Source of the DNA: an uncultured Acidobacteriota bacterium
Lineage (GTDB): Bacteria > Acidobacteriota > Thermoanaerobaculia > Multivoradales > UBA5704
Reading direction: 5' to 3'
Assembly (NCBI GenBank): GCA_963700145.1
Contig: OY969474.1
Span: 1,632,001 to 1,696,000 of the forward strand
DNA: 64,000 nt
In this document: positions 52,987 to 64,000 of the stretch, piece after piece
How positions within the stretch are numbered: the stretch's first letter is position 1
Layout: each line of letters starts with the position of its first letter
The notes under the pieces: model-generated
Database searches by the model: none
Told to the model about the DNA's origin: nothing
Seen by the model: the letters and a program-made list of their open reading frames with translations, nothing else
Program-made: the position numbers and the translations under genes

Positions 52987-54197
52987 GATCCGCGGTCCCC
53001 GTCCAGCGCGCCGTGCGCGCGCAGCAGCAACGTCTTGATCGGCAGGTCGTAGCTGCATGCCTGCTCGCAGAAGCCAGCGCAGTGCGCGCAGTGGGCGGCG
53101 CGCTCGGAGGCGACGAGACGCGCGTACGACTCCACCGCCCGCCCCTCTTGCCGGTACTCGTGGTAATACATCGAGAAGCGCAGGATGTCGGCGATCCGCA
53201 CGTCTTCGGGGCAGGCCTCGTGGCAGGCGCCGCTGAAGCGGCAGACCTCCTGCGAGAAGGTCGCGGCGTACTCCTCGAGGACGGCGTGGTCGGCGGCGGC
53301 GAGCGGGGCGCCCGAGGCGGTGACGTACTCGTCCACCTGCCGGCGGCTGGCGATCGAGATGATCAGGTTCGACAGCCGCGCGTTCGACAGCACCCACTTG
53401 AGCGCCGCCTGCCGGAAGCTCGTCTGCCGGTCGCGGAAGCGCTCGAGGTCGGCGCCCTTGGCCCCGGCGAGGGTCTTCATCGCCACGAAACCGACGCCGC
53501 GCCGGTGGGCGCGGTCGATGAGCCGATTCTGCTCCGGGTAGTCGAGGAAGCTGTAGCGGCCGAGGAGGACGTCGAAGCGGCCGTCGGCGACGGCGTGGCC
53601 CATCACCTCCATCAGGTCCGGGTCGTGACCGCTGACGCCGAGGAAGCGCGCCTTGCCCGCCTGTTTCGCCGCCGCGAAGGCGGCGAGCATCTCCGGGTTG
53701 CGCAGGCGCTCGATCCCCAAGCCGTCCGAGCGCTCCCCCACCTCGTGGTTGAGCAGCACGTCCACGCGATCGCTGCGCAGGCGCCGCAGGCTGCCGTCGA
53801 GCATCTCGAGGAAGTGCCGCTTGCGCGCCGGCTTGCCGACGTGGTGCGGGCACCACTTGGTCGCCAGCACGACCTTGTCGCGCCGGCCGCGCAGCCCCTC
53901 GCCGAGCACCTCCTCGCTGCGCCCGCCGCGGTAGCAATGGGAGGTGTCGAAGTAGTTGATCCCCTGGTCGACGGCGTAGCGGACGACGTCCGGGTCGTCC
54001 ACCGGGTAGCCGCCGAAACCGATCTCCGAGACCTGCAAGCCGGTGCGGCCGAGCCGGCGATAGCGCATGCCGCCGGCGCGCGGCGCGGCGGCCGCTTCCG
54101 GCTCCGCCGCGGCGCCGGCGGCCGTGAGCGCCCCGAGCGCGGCCGACCCGCGCAGCAGCTCGCGGCGGCTCAGCCCTTCGCGATCCCGTTCAGACAT
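52983..54197 (-). CDS. Tat-signal aldo/keto reductase with C-terminal Fe-S motifs
   Basis: SRRELL Tat motif, YRRLGRTGL.VS.IGFG, GINYFDT, AMKTLAG, CRFSGACHEACP..CAHCAGFCEQAC. Confidence 0.9.
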   Translation of the reverse strand: MSERDREGLSRRELLRGSAALGALTAAGAAAEPEAAAAPRAGGMRYRRLGRTGLQVSEIGFGGYPVDDPDVVRYAVDQGINYFDTSHCYRGGRSEEVLGEGLRGRRDKVVLATKWCPHHVGKPARKRHFLEMLDGSLRRLRSDRVDVLLNHEVGERSDGLGIERLRNPEMLAAFAAAKQAGKARFLGVSGHDPDLMEVMGHAVADGRFDVLLGRYSFLDYPEQNRLIDRAHRRGVGFVAMKTLAGAKGADLERFRDRQTSFRQAALKWVLSNARLSNLIISIASRRQVDEYVTASGAPLAAADHAVLEEYAATFSQEVCRFSGACHEACPEDVRIADILRFSMYYHEYRQEGRAVESYARLVASERAAHCAHCAGFCEQACSYDLPIKTLLLRAHGALDGDRGS

Positions 54198-54621
54198 GTC
54201 TCCCCTCCAACGCGAGCCGCGCCCCCGGCCGGGTCAACAGCACCAGGAAAAGGACGAAGAACGCGAGTACGTAGACCTTGTTGGTGAGCCAGAGCAGCCG
54301 CCAGAAGGAGAGGTCCGGTCGCTGCCAGTACGCCGCCAGCTTGACCGCCACGATGACGACCTCCGCCACCGCCACGGCGACGCCGCAGAGCCAGGCCCGC
54401 CGGTCGCGCCGCCAGAGCATCCAGGCGAGCGCGAGGTGGGCGATCCACCAGAAGTCCCACATGACCGGGGGGCCGGCCGCCGCGCGGCCCGCGGCGCGCT
54501 CGGCGGCGAACCAGGCGGCGGGGGCGAGGAACTTGACGACGAGGGTCCAGGTCGCCATGACGACGAGCGCGAAGACGCTGAAGACGACCCAGCCGGAGGG
54601 CGGCTCCGCAGGATTCCTCAT
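54190..54621 (-). CDS. Hypothetical 4-TM membrane protein
   Basis: MRNPAEP..WTLVVKF..MWDFWW..WLTNKVYVL; overlaps both neighbours. Confidence 0.7.
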   Translation of the reverse strand: MRNPAEPPSGWVVFSVFALVVMATWTLVVKFLAPAAWFAAERAAGRAAAGPPVMWDFWWIAHLALAWMLWRRDRRAWLCGVAVAVAEVVIVAVKLAAYWQRPDLSFWRLLWLTNKVYVLAFFVLFLVLLTRPGARLALEGRHV

Positions 54622-55409
54622 GCGGCCACCTGTCGGCGCCGGCCGAGGAGCGCCGCGACGAGCCCGAGCGCCAGCGCCGCCGTGGCCGCCCGCGCGACGT
54701 AGAACAACGGCCCGCCCGCGACGTAGTTGGCGGCCGGGAAGAAGAGGCTGTACCAGTCGTTGATGACGAAGGCCTCGGTGAAGACCAGGAGGCCGCGGTA
54801 GAGGCCGGCGACGACGAGGCCCCCGCCGCGGGCGAAGAGCAGGACGAGGGTCAGCTCGCGGCAGACGGTCGCCGCGAGCGAGGCGGCGACGAAGGCGGGG
54901 TCCCGCACCTGCCCCTCGGGCAGGATCGCCGGCAGCGCGAGGGCGGTCCCGGCGAGCGCGGAGAGCGCCGCCGCGGCCGGCGCTGACAGCCGGCGGCGCC
55001 AACCCGCGTAGACGCAGCCGCGGAGAGCCCGCTCCCATCCCGCGACGCCGAGGACGAGGCACGCCGGCAGCGCCCAGAGCGCCGCCCGCGCGAGCCCCCC
55101 GCCGGCCAGCTCCTGGGCGCCGTACGTGAAGGTCACGCTCCGTGTCGCGTGGGCCACGGCGAGGAAGCTCTGATCGGCCGCGAAGGCGAGGAGCGCGGCC
55201 GCCAGGCCGGCAAGGCGGTGGGACGGCGCACGACCTGCTGCGCCGCCCCTCCCGCACCAGGCGGCGAGCGCCGCCGCGGCCAGCGGCAGGCCCCAGAGCA
55301 CGACCCGCCGCTGGAGCTCCACCGCCCCAAACAGCCCTGCGGCTCCGGCGACGGTCACTCCGCCGCCGAGCGCACAGAGCAGCACCGTGAAGATGGCCGT
55401 CCGCCGCAC
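54618..55409 (-). CDS. Multi-TM protein, distantly CPBP/Abi-like
   Basis: Hydrophobic helices; WERALRG in place of the canonical EExxxRG. Confidence 0.55.
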   Translation of the reverse strand: MRRTAIFTVLLCALGGGVTVAGAAGLFGAVELQRRVVLWGLPLAAAALAAWCGRGGAAGRAPSHRLAGLAAALLAFAADQSFLAVAHATRSVTFTYGAQELAGGGLARAALWALPACLVLGVAGWERALRGCVYAGWRRRLSAPAAAALSALAGTALALPAILPEGQVRDPAFVAASLAATVCRELTLVLLFARGGGLVVAGLYRGLLVFTEAFVINDWYSLFFPAANYVAGGPLFYVARAATAALALGLVAALLGRRRQVAA

Positions 55410-55494
55410 GTCTCACTTCCCGGCGGAACGCTACCACCCGGCTCTCGGCACCTCGGCGCCGCGCGCGTAAAAAGATTGCAAAAACCGCGGAGCG

Positions 55495-56190
55495 TCAGCT
55501 CTTGGGCTTGATCTCGTACTCGCCGCCCGGATAGACGAAAGAGTCGCGCGGCGCGAACCAGGAGGAGCCGGTCACGACCTGCAGCGGCTGTGCCGGGCGC
55601 ATCACCCAGGTCGGGTGGTCCTTGGCCAGGAACTCGACGGCCTGCAGCTCGAAGGGGTCGACCAGGTCGCCGATGTAGGCGTAGTTGCCCGCGATCAGCT
55701 TGCCGTCGAGCCGAGTGACGTAGGTGAGGTGGCCGCGGGCGACGACGCCGATCTTCGTCCCCACCCGCGCGCGGGTGCGGATGACCGGCACGCCTTCGAA
55801 CGAGGTCGTGGCCTCCAGCTCGTGGCCGTTCACCTCGACGGTGGTCGAGCCGGCGGTCGCGGGCACGCCGCGCTCGAGGACGTAGGCGCGCATCACCGGC
55901 GAGGAGTTGAGGTAGTTGGTGAAGAAACGCCCCGGGGTGACGCCGTCGGGCGCCGTGACGTTGCCGAGGTCGATGCCGAGATAGGTGAGCGAATAGGCGC
56001 CGAAGCCCGAGGTCTGCTCCTCGGAGTCGACGACGTACTGGTTCATGTAGACGGCGCGGTTCGCCGCCGGCTCGAGGCCGCGCGGCAGCAGCGCCGCGAC
56101 CTTCTCCGGCTCGGCCGGGACCCAGCTCGAGTAGATCATCCGGCTGTTGATGACGAGCTGCGGCGCGGCGAGGCTCGACTGCTCAGGCAT
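55495..56190 (-). CDS. Acetoacetate-decarboxylase-like fold protein
   Basis: VAALLPRGLEP, GFGAYSLTY, GVP; AAGGAG RBS; family call tentative. Confidence 0.55.
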   Translation of the reverse strand: MPEQSSLAAPQLVINSRMIYSSWVPAEPEKVAALLPRGLEPAANRAVYMNQYVVDSEEQTSGFGAYSLTYLGIDLGNVTAPDGVTPGRFFTNYLNSSPVMRAYVLERGVPATAGSTTVEVNGHELEATTSFEGVPVIRTRARVGTKIGVVARGHLTYVTRLDGKLIAGNYAYIGDLVDPFELQAVEFLAKDHPTWVMRPAQPLQVVTGSSWFAPRDSFVYPGGEYEIKPKS

Positions 56191-56280
56191 GCATAGGCTC
56201 CTTCAGGACGACAGATTCACGGACCGGCGCACGCCGCGCCGGAAGGGCGCGCATCTTACCGAATGCGACGACTCGTTTCT

Positions 56281-59580
<3,300 letters not shown>

Positions 59581-59637
59581 GCAGGGGTCTCCTTCGGGTC
59601 TCGGGTTCGGGCCCGAGATGCTACCTCAACGGCCTAG

Positions 59638-60907
59638 CAGGCTGCTGAAAAACCCCGGTTCGCGCTACCCTTGCAGGCCATGCGAGGGAAAGCGCGCGAG
59701 CAGAGGACGTTGTTGATGGTGGGGTCGTTGGAGGAGCGGATTCCGGCGGCGCATCCGATCCGGCGGATCAAGGGGCTGGCCGACCGGGCTCTCGGGCAGT
59801 TGAGTGAGGTGTTTGCGGTGATGTACGCCGAGACGGGGCGGCCGTCGGTGCCGCCGGAGCGGCTGCTCAAGGCGCAGCTGCTGATCGCGCTGTTTTCGGT
59901 GCGGAGCGACCGGCAGTTTTGCGAGCAGCTCGAGTACAACCTGCTGTTTCGCTGGTTTTTGGATCTGGAGCTCGACGAGCCGTCGTTTGACGCGAGCACG
60001 TTTTCACGCAACCGGGAGCGGCTGATCCGGCACGAGGTGGCCGAGCGGTTTTTGGCGGCGATCGTGGCTGAGGCGAGCGTGCAGCGGCTGCTGTCGAGCG
60101 AGCACTTCTCGGTGGATGGGACGCTGATCGAGGCCTGGGCGTCGATGAAGAGCTTCCGGCCCAAGGACGGGCCACCGGGCGGAGACGCCAACGGCTGGAG
60201 CGATTTCACGGGGACGAAGCGGAGCAACGAGACGCACGCCTCGACGACCGACCCGGAAGCGCGCCTGGCCCGCAAGGGGGATGGGCACGAGGCGAAGCTC
60301 TCGTTTTCCGGCCACGCTCTGATGGAGAACCGCAACGGATTGTTGGTGGACTTCGTGGTGGCCCAGGCCGATGGGTTCGCCGAGCGTCGCGAAGCTCTGG
60401 GTCTGCTCGCGCGGCTCGAAGGCTCGCGGCGCAAGACGGTGGGCGCCGATAAGAGCTACGACACCAAGGGCTTCGTGGCTGCCTGCCGAGAGCTCGGCGT
60501 CACCCCCCACGTCACCCAGAATGCCCACCGGCGCAGGCGCTCGGCAATCGACCGGCGAACAACGCGCCGTCCCGGCTACCGGATCAGTCAGGTCGTACGG
60601 CGGCGAATCGAGACGATCTTCGGCTGGCTCAAGACCTGCGCAGGGCTGCACCGGACCAGGGTCCGAGGCGTGGCGAGGACGCAGCTGGCCGCCCGCCTCG
60701 CCGCCGCAGCGTACAACCTGCTCCGATTAAGTCGCCTGCTCGTGCCAGCATAGCCCAAAAAGGTCCTGCCCAGCAAAACCAGCGGCGCTCAAACGCGCCC
60801 ACAAGGCGCCTGTTGCCCTCCCCTTCCACCCGCGCACGCGACATCGCCCGCTCCCAGATCGCTGTCAGCCTCGCACCCGCCGTTGAAGGCCGTTTCTCAG
60901 CGGCCTG
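59638..60907 (+). mobile_element. IS5-family insertion sequence, copy 2 (1270 bp)
   Basis: Same TIRs as copy 1; CTAG at 59634-59637 and 60908-60911; inverted relative to copy 1. Confidence 0.95.
59680..60753 (+). CDS. IS5-family DDE transposase
   Basis: Protein identical to copy 1 in the ORF track. Confidence 0.95.
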   Translation: MRGKAREQRTLLMVGSLEERIPAAHPIRRIKGLADRALGQLSEVFAVMYAETGRPSVPPERLLKAQLLIALFSVRSDRQFCEQLEYNLLFRWFLDLELDEPSFDASTFSRNRERLIRHEVAERFLAAIVAEASVQRLLSSEHFSVDGTLIEAWASMKSFRPKDGPPGGDANGWSDFTGTKRSNETHASTTDPEARLARKGDGHEAKLSFSGHALMENRNGLLVDFVVAQADGFAERREALGLLARLEGSRRKTVGADKSYDTKGFVAACRELGVTPHVTQNAHRRRRSAIDRRTTRRPGYRISQVVRRRIETIFGWLKTCAGLHRTRVRGVARTQLAARLAAAAYNLLRLSRLLVPA

Positions 60908-62716
60908 CTAGCCCTGCCGCGCGATCCAGGCGTCGATCCGCCGCTCCAGCACCTCGAGCGGCAGCGCGCCGGCGCTCAGCACCTCGTCGTGGAAGGCGCG
61001 GATGTCGAAGCGCGGCCCGAGCGCCTTCTGCGCCTTCTCGCGCAGCTCCAGGATCTTGAGCTGGCCGATCTTGTAGCCCAGCGCCTGCCCCGGCCAGACG
61101 ATGTAGCGGTCGGTCTCGGCCTGGATGTCCGGCTCGTCGACGGCCGAGTGGTCGCGGAAGAACTGCACCACCTGGTCGCGGCTCCACCTCTTGTAGTGGA
61201 AGCCGGTGTCGACGACGAGGCGGATGGCGCGCAGCATCTCGTCCTGCAGGCGGCCGTAGTCGCTGTAGGGGTCCTGGTAGAAGCCGACCTCCTTGCCCAG
61301 CCGCTCGGAGTAGAGCGCCCAGCCCTCGGCGTAGGCGGTGAAGTGGGCCTGCTGGCGGAAGGGCGGCAGGCTCGGCAGCTCCTGGGCGATCGCGACCTGC
61401 AGGTGGTGGCCCGGCACCGCCTCGTGATAGGCGGTCGACTCGATCGTCAGCGTCTTCCGCTTGTCCGGCTCGCCAGTGTTGACCCTGACCACTCCTGGGC
61501 GGGAGCCGTCGGGCGTGCCCTGGTTGTACTCGGCGCCGGCGGCCTCCTTTTCGCGGAACTCCTCGACCGGCTCGACGACCACCTTCGCCTTCGGCAGGCG
61601 GCCGAAGAGCTGCGGGAGCTTGGCGTACATCTGGTCGGTGTAGCGGCGGTAGAGGTCGAGCATCCGCTCGCGGCTGCCGGCGCGGAGCTTGGGGTCGGCC
61701 TCGATCGCGGCGTTGAAGCTCTTCAAGTCCTGGTAACCGAGCTTCTTGGCGATCGCCAGCATCTCGGTCTCGATCGCCGCCACCTGCTGGAGGCCGAGCT
61801 GGTGGATCTGTTCCGGCGTCATGTCGGTCGTCGTCTGGCGCTTGACCGCCAGGGCGTAGCGCGCCGCGCCGTCGGGCAGCGCCCACACCCCCGGCTCCGT
61901 GCGGCCCCGCGGCGCGTACTCGTCGCGCACGAACTTGGCGAAGGCGGCGTAGGCCGGGAGGACGGCGTCGCGCAGGACGCCGTGGAGCTCGCGCGTAAGT
62001 CGCTCGCGCTCGGCGGCGGGGACGGCGTCGGGGAAGCTCGAGAGCGGGCGGCTGAAGGGCGAGGTCTCGGGCGGCGTGTCGGCGATCCCCTGCGCTTGCG
62101 TCGCCACCTTCTCGAGCAGGAACTTGGGCGGCATCAGGCCCTCGGCCATGCCGACCCGCATGTGCGCCACGGTGTCGTCGAACATCTTCGGCAGCTTCTT
62201 GAGCCGGGCGATCCAGTCCTCGTAGTCCTTGACCGACGCGAAGGAGAGGTAGGACGCAAACTGCGCCGCTTCCAGGTGGATGCCGCCCATCTGGTTGACC
62301 GGCATGCGCCAGCCGTGGAAGCGGACGCCTTCCAGCCGGTCGCGCATCTGCCGCACCATCAGCTCCTTGTTGAGCGCCTCCTGGTCGGGGAAGCCTGTCG
62401 TGTCGATGGCCTCGAAGCGGCCCAGGAGCTCGCGGGTCTTCGCGAGGTCGCGGTCGAGGGCTTCCTGCGAGAGGTCGGAGACCTGGTCGTTCCAGCGCTT
62501 GTCGCCCAGGATCGAGGCGAACTCGGGGCTGGTCGAAAGCACGTACTCCCACTGCTCGTCGATCAGGCGGGAGAGCGCCTGGCGGCGGGCTTCGAGGTCC
62601 GCCGCGGGTGCGGCGGCCGGGGCGGCTGGTTTGGTGGTCGAGGTGCCGTTCGGGGCGGCCAAGGCGGCGACGGGCAGGAGCAGGAGCGAGACGCAGAGCG
62701 GTGCGATTGGGCGCAT
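60908..62716 (-). CDS. DUF885 family secreted protein (probable metallopeptidase)
   Basis: HEAVPGHHLQ, YAEGWALYSE, RLVVDTG.H, PGQALGYKIG; signal peptide. Confidence 0.93.
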   Translation of the reverse strand: MRPIAPLCVSLLLLPVAALAAPNGTSTTKPAAPAAAPAADLEARRQALSRLIDEQWEYVLSTSPEFASILGDKRWNDQVSDLSQEALDRDLAKTRELLGRFEAIDTTGFPDQEALNKELMVRQMRDRLEGVRFHGWRMPVNQMGGIHLEAAQFASYLSFASVKDYEDWIARLKKLPKMFDDTVAHMRVGMAEGLMPPKFLLEKVATQAQGIADTPPETSPFSRPLSSFPDAVPAAERERLTRELHGVLRDAVLPAYAAFAKFVRDEYAPRGRTEPGVWALPDGAARYALAVKRQTTTDMTPEQIHQLGLQQVAAIETEMLAIAKKLGYQDLKSFNAAIEADPKLRAGSRERMLDLYRRYTDQMYAKLPQLFGRLPKAKVVVEPVEEFREKEAAGAEYNQGTPDGSRPGVVRVNTGEPDKRKTLTIESTAYHEAVPGHHLQVAIAQELPSLPPFRQQAHFTAYAEGWALYSERLGKEVGFYQDPYSDYGRLQDEMLRAIRLVVDTGFHYKRWSRDQVVQFFRDHSAVDEPDIQAETDRYIVWPGQALGYKIGQLKILELREKAQKALGPRFDIRAFHDEVLSAGALPLEVLERRIDAWIARQG

Positions 62717-62741
62717 GGAGGCCCTCCTGCCGCTGTCTACG

Positions 62742-63071
62742 CTATTCGGGCGGCAGGGTTTCGCCCTCCTCCTCGTCTTCCGGGGCAGGGCCCGCGGCGA
62801 AGCCCTCGACCGCGGTCTGGATGAGCGCCCGCGCCTCCTCGGCGCGGTCGGCCGCCACGTGGATCTCGACCGCCATCGGGTCCTCGTTCGAGACAAACCC
62901 GCCCGACAGGGGCAGGAGGCCGAACGATTCCTCGCCCTCGGTGTAGAACGGAATCCCGGCCGCCTCCAGCGCCGACCTCAAGACCGGCAAGAGCGTCGGA
63001 TCGGCCGTCTCGAAGACCTCCACCAGCTCGAGGTTCGGGTTGCCCTGCGGTTCTTCCGGCTCGTCCGCCAT
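62742..63071 (-). CDS. DUF2007 family protein
   Basis: RSALEAAGIP..GE..IHV..AEEARALI; GAGG RBS. Confidence 0.8.
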   Translation of the reverse strand: MADEPEEPQGNPNLELVEVFETADPTLLPVLRSALEAAGIPFYTEGEESFGLLPLSGGFVSNEDPMAVEIHVAADRAEEARALIQTAVEGFAAGPAPEDEEEGETLPPE

Positions 63072-63147
63072 CGCGTTCCTCCCCGTGTGACGACCGGAGC
63101 ATACAAGCGTTCCCTCGCCGCGCTGTAGAATTGGCGGAGCGGGAATC

Positions 63148-63492
63148 ATGAAGGCCCAACCCTCAGTGGTCAGCGCCGAGGTCCGCGACGGGATCCGCGA
63201 GATGGTCCGCCGGATCGTCGAGCAGTTCGATCCGGAGCAGATCATCCTCTTCGGCTCCCACGCACGGGGTACGTGCCGACCAGACAGCGACATCGACCTC
63301 CTCGTCGTCATGTCCCACCACGGCTCGCGCCGTCAGCAGCAGGTCGAAATTCGCCTCGCGCTCCACGATCTGGCCTTCGCCAAAGACGTGATCGTCGCCA
63401 CGCCCGAGGAGTTCGCATCGCGCAAGGAGGTCCCGGGCACGATCGAGCGGCCAGCGGCGCGCGAGGGCAAGGTTCTCTATGCCCGATCCTGA
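63148..63492 (+). CDS. Minimal nucleotidyltransferase (MNT) antitoxin
   Basis: PEQIILFGSHARG..DSDIDLLVV..EGKVLY. Confidence 0.9.
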   Translation: MKAQPSVVSAEVRDGIREMVRRIVEQFDPEQIILFGSHARGTCRPDSDIDLLVVMSHHGSRRQQQVEIRLALHDLAFAKDVIVATPEEFASRKEVPGTIERPAAREGKVLYARS

Positions 63493-63907
63493 TCTCGCGC
63501 TCGAAGTGGCGCGAGAGTGGATCTCGAAAGCGGAGAACGATCTCAAGACGGCGGCTCACGTCCTCAAGCTCGGCGAGCACAGCCCTACCGACTCTGTCTG
63601 CTTTCACGCGCAGCAATGCGTCGAAAAGTACGTGAAGGCCGTGCTCGTCCTCGCCGGCACCGATTTCCCGAAGACCCACGATCTCGAGCGGCTCATCGCG
63701 ATGTGCCCGAAGAGCCTGCGCCCGAGCCTGTCCGCTGCGGAGCAAGCGCTCCTTACTGAGTACGCAACCGGCGCCCGCTATCCTGGCTGGGGTGAGATCC
63801 GACTGGCCGAAGCCCGTAAGGCGGTGAGCTTGGCGCGGCGGGTGCGTAAAGAGCTTCGCGCGGTCCTGCCTAGGAAAGTGTGGGCGGCGAGGTCGCGAAA
63901 GCCATGA
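63479..63907 (+). CDS. HEPN-domain protein
   Basis: W..KAENDL, CFHAQQCVEKY.KA, PKTHDL, RYP. Confidence 0.9.
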   Translation: MPDPDLALEVAREWISKAENDLKTAAHVLKLGEHSPTDSVCFHAQQCVEKYVKAVLVLAGTDFPKTHDLERLIAMCPKSLRPSLSAAEQALLTEYATGARYPGWGEIRLAEARKAVSLARRVRKELRAVLPRKVWAARSRKP

Positions 63908-63930
63908 AGCGCTCGCCTATGCTCGACCAA

Positions 63931-64000
63931 ATGCGATTTCTCGTCACCCTCGAACAGGACGAGGACGGTCGCACTCTGCCTGGAAGTGCGGGCGGAGCAA
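63931..64000 (+). pseudogene. HicB-like antitoxin N-terminus, apparently degenerate; cut by the window end
   Basis: MRFLVTLEQDEDG followed by RTLPGS, lacking the usual intervening strand before LPG. Confidence 0.4.

Overview
High-GC bacterial chromosomal window, probably Acidobacteriota (Thermoanaerobaculia-like; inferred from three tandem acidobacterial VWA proteins and general gene content). Most genes are on the minus strand. Housekeeping genes include asnS, rnc, mutL, ppdK, glyQS, recO, era, hlyC, ybeY, a 7TM-HD phosphodiesterase, phoH, hbd, tsaE, nnr, thiD and lgt. Secreted enzymes include an S8 protease, a VPS10/BNR glycosyl hydrolase and a DUF885 protein. There are three apparently intact toxin-antitoxin pairs plus several decayed ones, and two near-identical 1270-bp IS5-family elements at CTAG sites. 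The most unusual signal is non-coding: three copies of a 163-166-bp intergenic element (7699-7863 minus, 12485-12650 plus, 37394-37556 plus) share three internal motifs but are each closed by a perfect 27-29-bp terminal stem of different sequence. Each copy lies at the centre of a 1-1.5-kb zone where the element-carrying strand is depleted of C at synonymous sites, whatever the gene direction, which suggests element-directed, strand-specific local mutagenesis. Also seen: a nested palindromic operator over the start of a DUF4143 ATPase, a 20-bp tandem array, and many apparently leaderless promoters. Product calls come from motifs recognised by eye and base counts are hand counts; no database searches were run.
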